Below are positions 25,361 through 37,659 of a stretch of 64,000 nt of DNA, one piece after another. The notes beneath the pieces were generated by a model. The model was not told where the DNA came from and ran no database searches. It saw only the letters and a program-made list of their open reading frames with translations. Position 1 is the stretch's first letter; every line of letters begins with the position of its first letter. Source of the stretch: Eledone cirrhosa (lineage: Eukaryota); the NCBI GenBank assembly GCA_964016885.1, contig OZ024744.1, forward strand, positions 55,862,001 through 55,926,000, given 5' to 3'. The position numbers and the translations under genes are program-made.

Positions 25361-27599
25361 ACCTTCAAATGATACTATAAACATTTGAATTAACTCAACA
25401 TCCTGTGATACATGAAACTGCATTAACAAAACAGCACTATGACTACATCACATTAAAAATTCACGACTTGACTAATATTACATATTCTCAGAACACTCTA
25501 ATAATAATGATCCTATAACCTTTTGAATTAACAAACACATTTTTAGATATCTTCTAGATTCAGGATGTTAAGAGTTAAAAATTAAAAGTCTTTACTTTAA
25601 TATTGCAAATTTTCACGATCTGACTACCAGTAAAGGTCCTAAAAACATTTGGATTAACAAACACGTTTTTATATATCTTCTGCTACAGTTATGCAGTTGA
25701 TCATTAAATAAGAACAGTAAAGAGACAGTGGTGGTGGTGATGGTTAAGTGGTAGACTTCCATAAGTTATGTTACACAGTGCTGTGTTGTGTTGCTTGGTA
25801 TTTTATTACATGAGAGCAAAGAAGGCTTGAGCCAAGATAAAAAGGTCAGGCTATTATTGAAATATGTCAGTGCAAAGTTACAAACAGAGAACAGAGTGTC
25901 AACATATATTAGATTATTTTACATTCCTAAACAGACTTGGAAATAATCTAATCTCACCAACCAACTCATCAGTCAACATTTTTTAAACTGAAGCCATAGA
26001 CTTTCTGTTACACAATCTGGTTTCACACACACGGACACAGAGTTTAAAGTATAATACACACACACATGCACGGAATGTGTGTTCAGTGTTCAAAATACAA
26101 CTCTACACACACATGCACACATTATGTGTTCAGAATTTAAATATACATAACACATTTTCTTTCACCCCTGTTTCTAGAATTGAATATATAATTGTTTCTA
26201 CTTTTGGCACAAGGCCAGCAATTACCCAGTACATTACTGGTACTTTATTTTATCGACCCCGTAAGGATGAAAGGCAAAGTCAACCTCGGCGGGATTTGAA
26301 CTCAGACCGTAAAGGGACATAACTATGCTGCAAAGCATGGCGTCCGACTCTCTACTGATACTGCCAATCCACCGCCCTAGAATTGAACATTAATAAATAT
26401 CAAATATACAATCTGTGTCTGGATTGACTTACTTTCAAGAGTAACAGATGCTACATACTGCACTGCTACCACCACCTTGCACTAAATGCATTCTTACTAC
26501 AGTACTGTACTGCATTGAAATGAAATGATATTTACAACTCAAACCTATGTTAAGTTTAAATGGGTGGTTTAATGATAGGGGTTCCCAGCCCTATCATAGA
26601 AAGCAATGTAGTAAAATTAAGTGTCTTGTTCAAGAACCATATGCTGCCGACTCAAGGATTTGAATGCATGACCTTATGATCGTGAGTCCAACACCCTACC
26701 TATTAGGCCATGTACCTTCACCTATACTATATTGTCTTCAACTTTTTATGAAAAATCAGATGTTTCAGATTTGATCCAGCATTTGGAATTCTGAGATAAA
26801 ATACACTTTAAATTAAATACTTGCAAACTACTGTCTTTTTATTCAGAGATCCCAAACCTAATATATTACTATATTATTGTTTTATGCCCAAATTCCCATG
26901 CTTGTATGGGTTGGACATGTGTTTTCCAGTACAGCGTCACTCTACTCATTGCAGACCTTTGTTAACCTGACTGAGATTGAGAGATTTGAGATCAACTCTC
27001 ACAACCGCAGCCTAGGTCTTCCTTGGTCTCCCTCTACATGGCATTTCTTCACCCAATGAATATCATCTATCTACATCACATGACTATACCATCACAGTCT
27101 TCTCTCAACATTACATTCGATTCATCTTATATTCAGCTATTCTTACAGCTAATCCATGCTTTGTCATTCAGAGACATTAACACTTTACATCCATAGGAAC
27201 ATGCTAACCTTCACACTGACACACTGCCTTGCAATGCAGAACACCTCATGTCTCTGATCTTCATGTCACAAGACATTGACAAACCTCCTACTTTCAGCTT
27301 CTTTGTATACTATGTGTACCTGTCATCTAGCTACTCGATGTTGATCTTTGCTGCCTCCATTTTTCCAGTCATTACATGCCTGCCTCTTTTCTGTAACAGA
27401 TCTATCCGCAGTGTTGTTCAATCACCAGATCACCTTTGTTAGGAGGGTGCTTTGCTCAAGCCACACATCTCATCTGTTGCTTTCAGTAGGTTGTCTCGTA
27501 GAAACTTCTAATTGTTCTATATGTCATATGTATTTAATGTGTCGCCAGCTATGATGATGAATAACTAGAGATAATTGTCATTCTATTTACTATTAACTT

Positions 27600-28768
27600 G
27601 TTTAAGACTGAAGTTCTAGTATGTAGAAAGGAAAATAGGGCACAGGTTCCCTCTAGGAATGGCCTTGCTCAATGTGTAGGAAAGGATTAAGTAGAAATTC
27701 TATTTTATGTTATAAGTACAAGCTACAAGTACATAAAAGATGTAGTGGAATCATAGGCAGGCTATCAAAGAATGTAGGTTTTATATGTGGCTGATGCTCA
27801 GGTGCAGTAAGTAGCAAGTGCCCACAGGATACTAGCTCCTTCAACTGCCCAGATTGTTCTATAGAAATAGTAGAGACACTTTCGGTTACCTGGGTGACAA
27901 AATTAGCAGTGGAGGAGGGTGCTTTGAAAGTACAGTAGCCAAAGTAAGAATGGGATGGAAAAAGTTCAGAGAGCTAATATCACTGTTGGCCACAAAAGGT
28001 TTCTCTAAAAATGAAAGGCAGATTGTATTATGCTTGTATACGAACAGCAATGTTACATGGTAGTGAGACCTGGGCATTGTGTGCAGAGGACCTGTGCAGA
28101 TTGGAAAGGAATGAATCATGCATGCTTCGATGGATGCGTAATAGTAATATACATGAATAGCAAAACAAATGAACTAAGTGAGAAAATAGGAATAAGAGGG
28201 ATCAGATGCATTATACCAGAGAGGAGATTGCGTTGGTATGGTCATATGATTTGTATGAAGGATGACAGCTGTATAAAAAGTGCAGACTGATCAAAATTGA
28301 TGGAAGCTATGGAGTAGGAAGACCTGGGACGAGGTGATAAAAGCTGACTTGGCACATTTGCACATCTCTAAGATAATGCCACAGGATCAAGATCTTTGGT
28401 GTTACACAGAAGAGCCACCTTCCCTTATGCATGGACTTAAACTCAGTAGCCACCTCTTAATCCAATATACCCCCACACACCCCCTTTACTCTGTAAAGTT
28501 ATGTTAGTACCACAAAATATCCAGCCTACACTGTAAAGTGGTTGTGTAGGTATTACAACAAAAAGCACCCAGTCCTCATTGTAAAGTGGACGTGTAAAAG
28601 ACACAGCAAAAAGCACCCAGCACACACTGTAAATGTGGTTGGCGTTAGGAAGGGCATCCAGCCAGAAACACTGAGACATGGTCACCCGACCCAACTTGCC
28701 TCTAATGGTATAAACCCGTCTAATACATGCTAGCGTGGAAGATAGACGTTAACGATGATGATGATGAT
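27600..28768 (+). mobile_element. Degenerate RTE copy (A-related)
   Basis: YLGDKISSGGGCFESTVAKVRMGWKKFREL and RRLRWYGH remnants, a 3'UTR with 48-bp modules, and a GAT tail. Confidence 0.9.
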
Positions 28769-30222
28769 TCTGTGCTTGATAATTCTGTCACTAACCACCT
28801 CAATTACCTTATCTATCCACTTCTCAGCTAATGGAATACCTACTCCTCCTATTCCATCATCACTTCTTACTTAGAAAAGCATCTATTTATGCTGTTTACC
28901 TGTACAGAGTCATGCTGAGGTGCCTCTTCATCTCACCACTTGAACACAGCATTAGCCACTTGTCGCTTCTCAAGCAACTCCATAATTTCTCTGGATCTAC
29001 ATGCCAAAGTGCCCACATTGAGAGTGGCAGCCTTGAGATGTGCTACCCGATATGATGATTAGGTCTGTTTGTAGTATGGGTGTGTGATTGCTTGATGACG
29101 ATCGAGGAGTTCTAGCATATGGCTAGGTTAACCACCCCACTACCGTGCACAGCACTAACTTAATTAGTGTTAGTCCTGTATACACAGTTAGTATGAATCT
29201 GATATTCTGCACTGGTCATAGTGTTTGGCAAAGTTTTTCTGGCTAGATGCCCTTCCTACTACCAACCACTTTACAGCATTGACAGTATTTCACCGTGCCA
29301 CCAGCTCTAGAGAGTTTGTCTGACAAGACTGAAGAGTCCTCTCTACTCTGTTCATTATAATTTAAAACGACTGTTTTCATAGACGGGCTGCCTTCACTAA
29401 GACTTGAAGGGCCTATGTCTACCCCATGCTGTATTTGATGTGACTGTTGTCCTAGACACTTGTCCTTCACTGTGGCTTATAGAGCCCATGTCTATCCTAT
29501 GTATACACATGTATAGATTTATATTTTTACTGTATCCATCATGGCATTTCAATTGGCCTTAGAAATGCTTGGAGGTGCACATCTTTCCCAGCATCTTTTC
29601 CCTCACTAAGTTTAGCCTGCAAGTTATAGGCAAGTGACTGAAAAAATGTCCCAGAGCTAAAAGTGAGAATCATGTGAAAACCGGTGAACCTGTCTAACAC
29701 TAAGAATGCTGTTGCCAGACATTAAGGTATTCTGTGTAGCTAAACACCACAGTTTTGAGATAATGTTTCTTCAAATCCTGGATAATGTTATGTCCAAAAT
29801 TACAATAATGTTTCTTCAAATCATTTCACTTTAGTTTCAAAGGAACATTAGACAACACTATGTCCAGTATAGAAATAACATTTCTTTAAATAGTTTTACT
29901 TTACTTCCAAAGAGACAGCAGGTAATGGCATGTCTAGTTTACTCATGACTGTCCTAGACAAATAGATATTTAGAGGGAGTGGGAGAGAGAACGAGAGAGA
30001 AATCAGTAGTTATATGAAATGTACAGCGTCGTAGAACAATAAAGTAAGTTAAGTGATAGAAGGATGGATGGATAGATTGGGTGGCATGACATAATTACAG
30101 AGTACAATAGTAAGGTATAGTAAATAGGTTTAATGAAGTTAAATTATATTAACTAACAAATAACTCTAGACTTTGAAACTTGCTGTTGGATAGGTTGTTC
30201 ACTTTCGGATTGTGTATATGTG

Positions 30223-30273
<51 letters not shown>

Positions 30274-30290
30274 ATATATATATATATATG

Positions 30291-30396
30291 GAACTTGTTT
30301 TGGCAATACATATACTAAAATTGAAACGATACCGAGAAGATTAGTATGGCCTTGCACAAGGATGACACACAAATTCGTGAAACGTTCCATATTTTT
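30291..30396 (+). pseudogene. U6: Full-length U6 snRNA retro-pseudogene
   Basis: GAACTTGTTTTGGCAATACATATACTAAAATTGAAACGATACCGAGAAGATTAGTATGGCCTTGCACAAGGATGACACACAAATTCGTGAAACGTTCCATATTTTT aligns end to end with metazoan U6. The ACAGAGA box is mutated to ACCGAGA and the AGC triad to AGT. The upstream sequence is (TA)n rather than a PSE/TATA promoter. Confidence 0.95.
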
Positions 30397-31866
30397 ATCA
30401 CAACAAAAAAGCACCCAGTCCACACTGTAAAGTGGTCATATAGGTGTCATGACAAAAAGCATCCAGTCCACACTGTAAAGTGGTCATATAGGTGTCATGA
30501 CAAAAAGCATCCAGTCCACACTGTAAAGTGGTCATATAGGTGTCATGACAAAAAGCACCCAGTCCACACTGTAAAGTGGTCATATAGGTGTCATGACAAA
30601 AAGCATCCAGTCCACACTGTAAAGTGGTCATGTAGGTGTCATGACAAAAAGCATCCAGTCCACACTGTAAAGTGGTCATATAGGTGTCATGACAAAAAGC
30701 ATCCAGTCCACACTGTAAAGTGGTCATATAGGTGTCATGACAAAAAGCATCCAGTCCACACTGTAAAGTGGTCATGTAAGTCTCATGACAAAAAGCATCC
30801 AGTCCACACTGTAAAGTGGTCGTGTAGGTGTCATGACAAAAAGCACCCAGTCCACACTGTAAAGTGGTCATATAGGTGTCATGACAAAAAGCATCCAGTC
30901 CACACTGTAAAGTGGTCATGTAAGTCTCATGACAAAAAGCATCCAGTCCACACTGTAAAGTGGTCATGTAGGTGTCATGACAAAAAGCATCCAGTCCACA
31001 CTGTAAAGTGGTCATATAGGTGTCATGACAAAAAGCATCCAGTCCACACTGTAAAGTGGTCATGTAAGTCTCATGACAAAAAACATCCAGTCCACACTGT
31101 AAAGTGGCCATATAGGTGTCATGACAAAAAGCATCCAGTCCACACTGTAAAGTGGCCATGTAAGTGTCATGACAAAAAGCATCCAGTCCACACTGTAAAG
31201 TGGCCATGTAAGTGTCATGACAAAAAGCATCCAGTCCACACTGTAAAGTGGTCATGTAGGTGTCATGACAAAAAGCATCCAGTCCACACTGTAAAGTGGC
31301 CATGTAAGTGTCATGACAAAAAGCATCCAGTCCACACTGTAAAGTGGCCATGTAAGTGTCATGACAAAAAGCATCCAGTCCACACTGTAAAGTGGTCATG
31401 TAGGTGTCATGACAAAAAGCATCCAGTCCACACTGTAAAGTGGCCATGTAAGTGTCATGACAAAAAGCATCCAGTCCACACTGTAAAGTGGCCATGTAAG
31501 TGTCATGACAAAAAGCATCCAGTCCACACTGTAAAGTGGTCATGTAGGTGTCATGACAAAAAGCATCCAGTCCACACTGTAAAGTGGCCATGTAAGTGTC
31601 ATGACAAAAAGCATCCAGTCCACACTGTAAAGTGGCCATGTAAGTGTCATGACAAAAAGCATCCAGTCCACACTGTAAAGTGGTCATGTAGGTGTCATGA
31701 CAAAAAGCATCTAGCCCACACTGTAAAGTGGTCATATAGGTGTCATGACAAAAAGCATCCAGCCCACACTGTAAAGTGGTCATGTAGGTGTCATGACAAA
31801 AAGCATCCAGTCCACACTTAAGTGGCCTAGGAGGTGACATGACAAAAAGCACCCAGCACACTGTAA
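30397..31866 (+). repeat. 48-bp tandem array (~30 units) derived from an RTE 3'UTR module
   Basis: Unit GACAAAAAGCATCCAGTCCACACTGTAAAGTGGTCATATAGGTGTCAT. The same module occurs in 2-3 copies in RTE 3'UTRs (e.g. ~28510-28635, 41270-41350, 52730-52870). Confidence 0.97.
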
Positions 31867-32005
31867 CTGTGGTTGGCGTTAGGAAGAGCATCCAGCCATA
31901 GAAACCTAGCCATAAACAGTTCTATATAATCAAAATATGGTCATCTGACCTGACTTGCCTCAAATGGGCGTTAAATGATGATGATGATGATGATAATGAT
32001 GATGA
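31867..32005 (+). mobile_element. RTE 3'UTR terminus with (GAT)n tail, closing the U6 chimera
   Basis: GGTTGGCGTTAGGAAGAGCATCCAGCC...CGTTAAATGATGATGATG; part of the terminal stem-loop is deleted. Confidence 0.88.
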
Positions 32006-33186
32006 CACTGGCATGACAGAGCCAAAGAAGTTTGCTTTGCAATCATGAGTTCTCAAGTTTAATACTACTGTGTGGCATCTTGAGCAAGAGTCTTCTTTTA
32101 CTATATTGCCTTGGGTTGACCAAAACCTTGTGGGTCAAACTGCTTAGATAGAAACTGTTTTGAAGGAAGCCTTTCAGATGTATGGTACCAGTAATACAAA
32201 TATCCGCCTTTATCACAAATTATTGTCATGCTGATTTAGATTGAAAATTATGTTACGGGTACATATGCCTGTGGAATACTCAACCAGTTACACTTTATTT
32301 AATTCATGAGTTGGATACTTAGTTGATCAAACAGCTGAATACTCATCACCAAAAGCAACAAAAGATTCATTACGTTTAAATTCATGTGTTTATGCATGTG
32401 TGTATATGTGTTTTTATGTACATATATATGTGCGCGTATGAACTTCTTTATGCATTGGCATTGTGTGGCAATAAAAAAAAAATATCTACCCAACCTCACT
32501 ACATAATTGTTTCTTTAGGCACAAGGCCAGCAATTTGAAGGGATGGGGAAAGTCGATTAAATCAACCCCAGTGCGTTACTGGTACTTTATTTTATCACCC
32601 CGAAAGGATGAAAGGAAAAGCTTACCTTGGTGGGATTTGAACTCAGAACGTAAAGTGCCACAACTCTACGCGCAAAGCATATTGTTTGACGTTCTACCAA
32701 CTCTGCCAATCCACCGCTCTAACTTCACTTTATAATAACTATTAACTTTGGTCAACAGTAATGTCGGCCCTGTGGTGGGTTGCAACAAACCAACATTAGA
32801 CATACAATTAGAACTTATTGAAAGAATATACACACTAATATACACACTTTCAATTTCATACTTAGAATATATTTCTTTTTTAGAGTGCTACCCGATTCCA
32901 TATGAATTGAAATACAATTAATTCTGTATGAATATTGAATAGCACATGCTCTACCTTGACAGGTGTTGAGTATTTTACTTTGTATCTGTAACCCTGCTAA
33001 CATATATTAGATTGAGGCACCAACTTAAAGACTTTTTCTAGTTGATCATTTCCATTTCAATACTAATGTTTTAAAGTCCAGTACTCATTTTATCAATCTC
33101 AATTTTTAGGACTTAAGTAATGGGACACAAACGTGCGTGCGTGCGCTTATGTCCCATTACTTAAGTCCTAAAAATTATATATATAT

Positions 33187-36100
33187 AATTTTCTTTTTTT
33201 TTCTTGTCTCTCCACCTTCCCGGTCCATCTCAATGCTATTCTATAATTCTGTCAGGTTGTTCTAAATATTATTCGCTTATTATTGTTATATGCTTGTCCA
33301 ATTATGCCCAAAATTCGAGGATTTTATTTAAACCTTCTCGCTAACTACCCTATACCCCTCCCACTCGCCACCATTATTATTTCGACCAATCATGAGTCAG
33401 CGGCCTATGCTATCACTTTTTCCAGTTACCTTTCGATATGATGGATGGTCTAAGGAATTCTGGAGAGCCTGAAAAATCTGGACACTCAGTGACAATGCCA
33501 AAGATAAAGACAAATTCACCTCATGCTGCCGGACGAAAAGGCAAGGACTCCTCTTTGTTTCGGCCGCGGATGGCCAACATAACCCCAACCCCCTCATCGC
33601 GCCCCACTGTTCACACCCACCAAACGCAATCCAAAACTTTAGAGTTGGTACCATGAATGTAGGCACCTTAAAAGGTTGCTCTAACGAGGTTGTAGAAATG
33701 CTTGAACGTAAGGAGGTTGATGTTTGCTGTATCCAAGAGACCAGGTGGAGGGGGTGGGTCTGCTAGATTCATTGTGGGTAAAAAACGATGCTATAAGCTT
33801 TTGTGTGTGGGAAATGACAATGGGCTGGGTGGGGTAGGAATCATGTTAGCAGCAAAATGGGTAGATAAGATAATAGACGTAAATAGAGTGAACGACAGAA
33901 TTAAAATAAGACTTGTCCTAAATAGAACTACTGTGACAGTAATATCTGCGTACGCACCCCAATCCGGACTGCCTGGCGTTATAAAAGACAGATTCTATGA
34001 GACATTGATGCTCACTACCTCCCAAATAACTGACAGTGACTACATAATTATTGCTGGCGACCTAAATGGTCACGTTGGACAACATTGTGATGGCTATGAC
34101 GGAATCCATGGAGGCTATGGGTTTGGTACTAGAAATGAGGAAGGCTCCAGAATCCTGGAATTCTGTGACACAAATAACCTAACTATCTGTAACACTAACT
34201 TCAAAAAACGAGACAATCACTTGATCACCGATAGATCAGAGGAACACGCCAGTCAGATAGATTATATCCTTACCAGAAGACGTGATAGAGTGTCTGTTGT
34301 AAACACTAAATCCCTCCCCCATGAAGAATGCACCTCCCAACATACTCATAGTCAGCAACCTCGTAGTCAGGACGAGACGTACTCGACAACAGAGGAGGAT
34401 TATCCCCAGGAGAAAAATATGGAACTAAAGGACCCCACAGCCAGTAATAAATTTAAAAGCATATTACTTGATGCTTTTGATAGTAAGGAAGAGCAATTAG
34501 AGTCGTACAATATAGAGGAACAGTGGGAATTCCTGAAAGCTAACCTGCTGAAGGCGGCAGATGTTTGTGGCTGGAGCAGGCCTATAGGCGAGAGGAGAGT
34601 AACGTGGTGGTGGTGGAACAGTCAGGTGGAGGAGTCAATTAAGGCCAAAAAGCAGGCTTGGAAAGTATGGCGGGATGGGGGAAGTAGAGAAGACTATCAA
34701 GTGGCCAGGAGGGAAGCTAGGAGACAAGTGTACTTCGCAAGAAGGGAAGCAGAGGAAAGAAAGTTCATGTTCTACAACGCGAGGACCAAAAACGTGAGGT
34801 GTTCAGGATTGCTAGGCAATGTGTCAAGGAAAACAGTGATATTGTCGGGGAGAAGTGTGTCCTTAATGATGATGGTATACTTGCCATCACTGACGCTGAT
34901 AAGAAGGTAGCTTGGAAGTGTCACTACGAAAGGCTACTAAATGAGGAGAATAATTGGGAGAAAGTTTCTCCCACATCAATCCAATAGAGGGACCAGCAGT
35001 GCTACTTGAAGGTAGTATAATAAGTAAGGCAATCAAAGATATGAAGACGGGTAAGGCGGCTGGGCCTTCGGAATAGTTACTGAAATGCTGAAAGCATCTG
35101 GAACGGTGGGACACACTATGGTCACCCGAGTCATACAGAATGGGGTCGTTCCAAAGGACTGACGTAGCAGCATCATCATTAACTGCTACAAGGGTAAAGG
35201 AGATGCTCTATATAGGGTAACTATAGAGGCATTAAATTAATTGACCAGGTCATGAAGGTCACAGAAAAAGTAATAGCGCAATTAATCAGAGAGCGAATTG
35301 ATCTAGATGAAATGCAGTTCGGGTTTGTGTCAGGTAAAAGTACCACAGATACTCTTTTCATTGTACAACAACTACAGGAGAAGTACCTAGCTAAAAGTAA
35401 ACCCTTATCCTTAGCTTTTGTTGACTTGGAGAAAGCCTTTGACAGAGTACCCCGCTCGATTATCTGGTGGGCCCTTAGAAAACTAGGTGTTGATGAATGG
35501 CTTGTGAGAGCTATACAAGCCATGTATAAAGAAACAGTCAGCAAGGTTAGAATTAACAACGAATATAGTGAAGAGTTTAGCGTAAAAGTTGGTGTTCATC
35601 AGGGCTCCGTCCTTAGCCCCCTCCTATTTATTATTGCCCTTCAGGCTATAACAGAGGAGTTCAAGACCGGCTGCCCATGGGAACTCCTATATGCAGATGA
35701 TCTAACGCTCATAGCTGAATCAATGGCCGAACTAGAGAAATTCCAAATATGGAAGCATGGCCTAGAATCAAAAGGCCTTAAAATTAACCTGTCTAAGACA
35801 AAAGTTCTAGTTTGTAGGAAGGAAAATAGGGCACCAGTCCCATCTGGGAAATGGCCATGCTCAGTGTGTAGGAAAGGAGTAGGCAGAAACTCCATTTTAT
35901 GTACCAAATGCAAAGTATGGGTGCATAAAAGATGTAATGGATCACAGGTAAGCTAACTAAGAATATAGATTTTATACGTGGCTGGTGCTCTGGTGCAATA
36001 AGTAGCAGCAAGTGCCCACAGAATACTAGCTCATTCCATTGCACAGATGGTTCTATAGAAATAGTGGACACCTTCCGTTACCTGGGTGACAAAATCAGCA

Positions 36101-37003
36101 GTGGTGGAGGGTGCTCTGAAAGTACAGTAGCTAGAGTCAGAACGGGATGGAAAAAGTTCAGAGAGCTTATACCACTATTGGCCACTAAAGGGTTCTCACT
36201 AAAAATGAAAAGCAGGCTGTATGATGCCTGCATACGAACAGCAATGTTGCATGGCAGTGAGACCTGGGCATTGTGTGCAGAGGATATTCGCAGACTGGAG
36301 AGGAACGAAGCTTGCATGCTCCGCTGGATGTGTAATAGTAATATACGTGAACGGCAAAGCATAAACGAACTAAGGGAGAAATTAGGAATAAGAGGGATCA
36401 GATGTTGTTTACTCGAGAGAAGGCTACATTGGTATGGACACGTGATGCGCATGAAAGACGACAGCTGTATAAAAAAGTGCAGGGCGATAAAAATAGACGG
36501 TAGCCACGGAGTAGGCAGACCCAGAAAAACCTGGGTCGACTTGATAAATTCCGACCTCACACACTTACACCTCTCCAAGACAATGTCACTGGACCGAGAT
36601 CTTTGGCGCTACGCAGTAATACAGAAGACCCGCCTTGCCTAAGTACAAAGCGAAACCTAGTCAGTAGGCACCTCTAACAAAAATACACCCCGGCCCCACT
36701 ACCCCTTCCAATGTAAAGTTATGTTGGTACCACAACATCCAGTCAGAAACAAATGAGGTCGTGTAGGTGTCACGACAAAAAAACACAGTCCACGCTGTAA
36801 TGTGGCCGTGTAGCTAACACGGTAAAAACCTCCCAGTCCACACTGTAAACGTGGTTGGTGTTAGGAAGAGCATCCAGCCGTAGAAAACCCGCCAGACAGT
36901 CCTATACGAGCAAGACAACCAATCTTGCCTCAAGTGGGAAAATTCCCGTCCAAACACATGCTAGCGTGGAAGATGGACGTTAAACGATGATGATGATGAT
37001 GAT
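33187..37003 (+). mobile_element. Near full-length RTE family A LINE (APE endonuclease + RT), frameshifted
   Basis: APE motifs GTMNVGTL, CIQETRW, SAYAPQ, AGDLNGHVG and SQIDY; RT motifs FVDLEKAFD, QGSVLSP and YADD; GAT tail. The 5' boundary is approximate. Confidence 0.95.
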
Positions 37004-37439
37004 ATATACATATATATATATATCAAGACCAGAGGTTTACCTGATGTATGAAATTTGAAGCCCTTCTTTAAAAAAACTTCAATAATTATACATGATTATT
37101 ATTTTTAATATTAATGTTAATGATAAAGAATAAAGAGTAAATAATATATATGTTTGTATTCCAGAGTCAGGCTAGATTGATACAGATCAAAAGTTAAGCT
37201 GATCAATAGCGAAACGTGCGTCACTACTCAATAAACGTAATGAAGACATAACAAATCATCCTTTTATTATTATATTATATAATGCACTGGGTAATTGCTG
37301 GCCTTGTGCCTAAAGTAGAAACAATTATTATATTATATTTACACTGCTTAGTTCTACACCTCTTTACAGACTGGAAACTACGCATTAAGTGCTCACTCGG
37401 GTGAACGTTACATTCCCTAGATTATATATATATATATAT

Positions 37440-37628
37440 AAATTCAGCGAGAATCGCATTTCGGCGGGTAGAAAAAGCGAAACGAAACGCAAAAATATGA
37501 GTTATGCTGGCAAGCGCTCCATAGTTAAAAAAAAAACAGAGCTAAACAATATGTTAAAACACCGTACAAACTGAAAAGTGGTTAAGAATGCATTAACCAC
37601 CTAAGCCAAAAAGTAAATCAAGCTAAAT
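37440..37628 (+). repeat. Unclassified ~190-bp interspersed repeat in TA context; second copy at 51352-51545 (inverted)
   Basis: AGCGAGAATCGCATTTCGGCGGGTAGAAA...CCACCTAAGCCAAAAAG...AAGCTAAA matches the reverse complement of 51352-51545. Confidence 0.75.
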
Positions 37629-37659
37629 AGGTCAAAACAATATATATATATCTATTTTA

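Noticed and set aside
30291-30396. Functional U6 snRNA gene
   Set aside because: The ACAGAGA box and AGC triad are mutated, the 5' stem is disrupted by transitions, and there is no upstream PSE/TATA promoter context.
30397-31866. CRISPR-like array
   Set aside because: Head-to-tail units with no unique spacers, no cas genes, and a eukaryotic context.
30346-31891. 491-aa and 497-aa ORFs with 16-aa Cys/His-rich repeats
   Set aside because: A by-product of a stop-free 48-bp (multiple of 3) tandem unit derived from a LINE 3'UTR. It is open on both strands, and the plus-strand ORF starts inside the U6 pseudogene.
33702-34910. Host gene annotation such as craniofacial development protein 2-like
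   Set aside because: This is the APE endonuclease region of a frameshifted RTE LINE.
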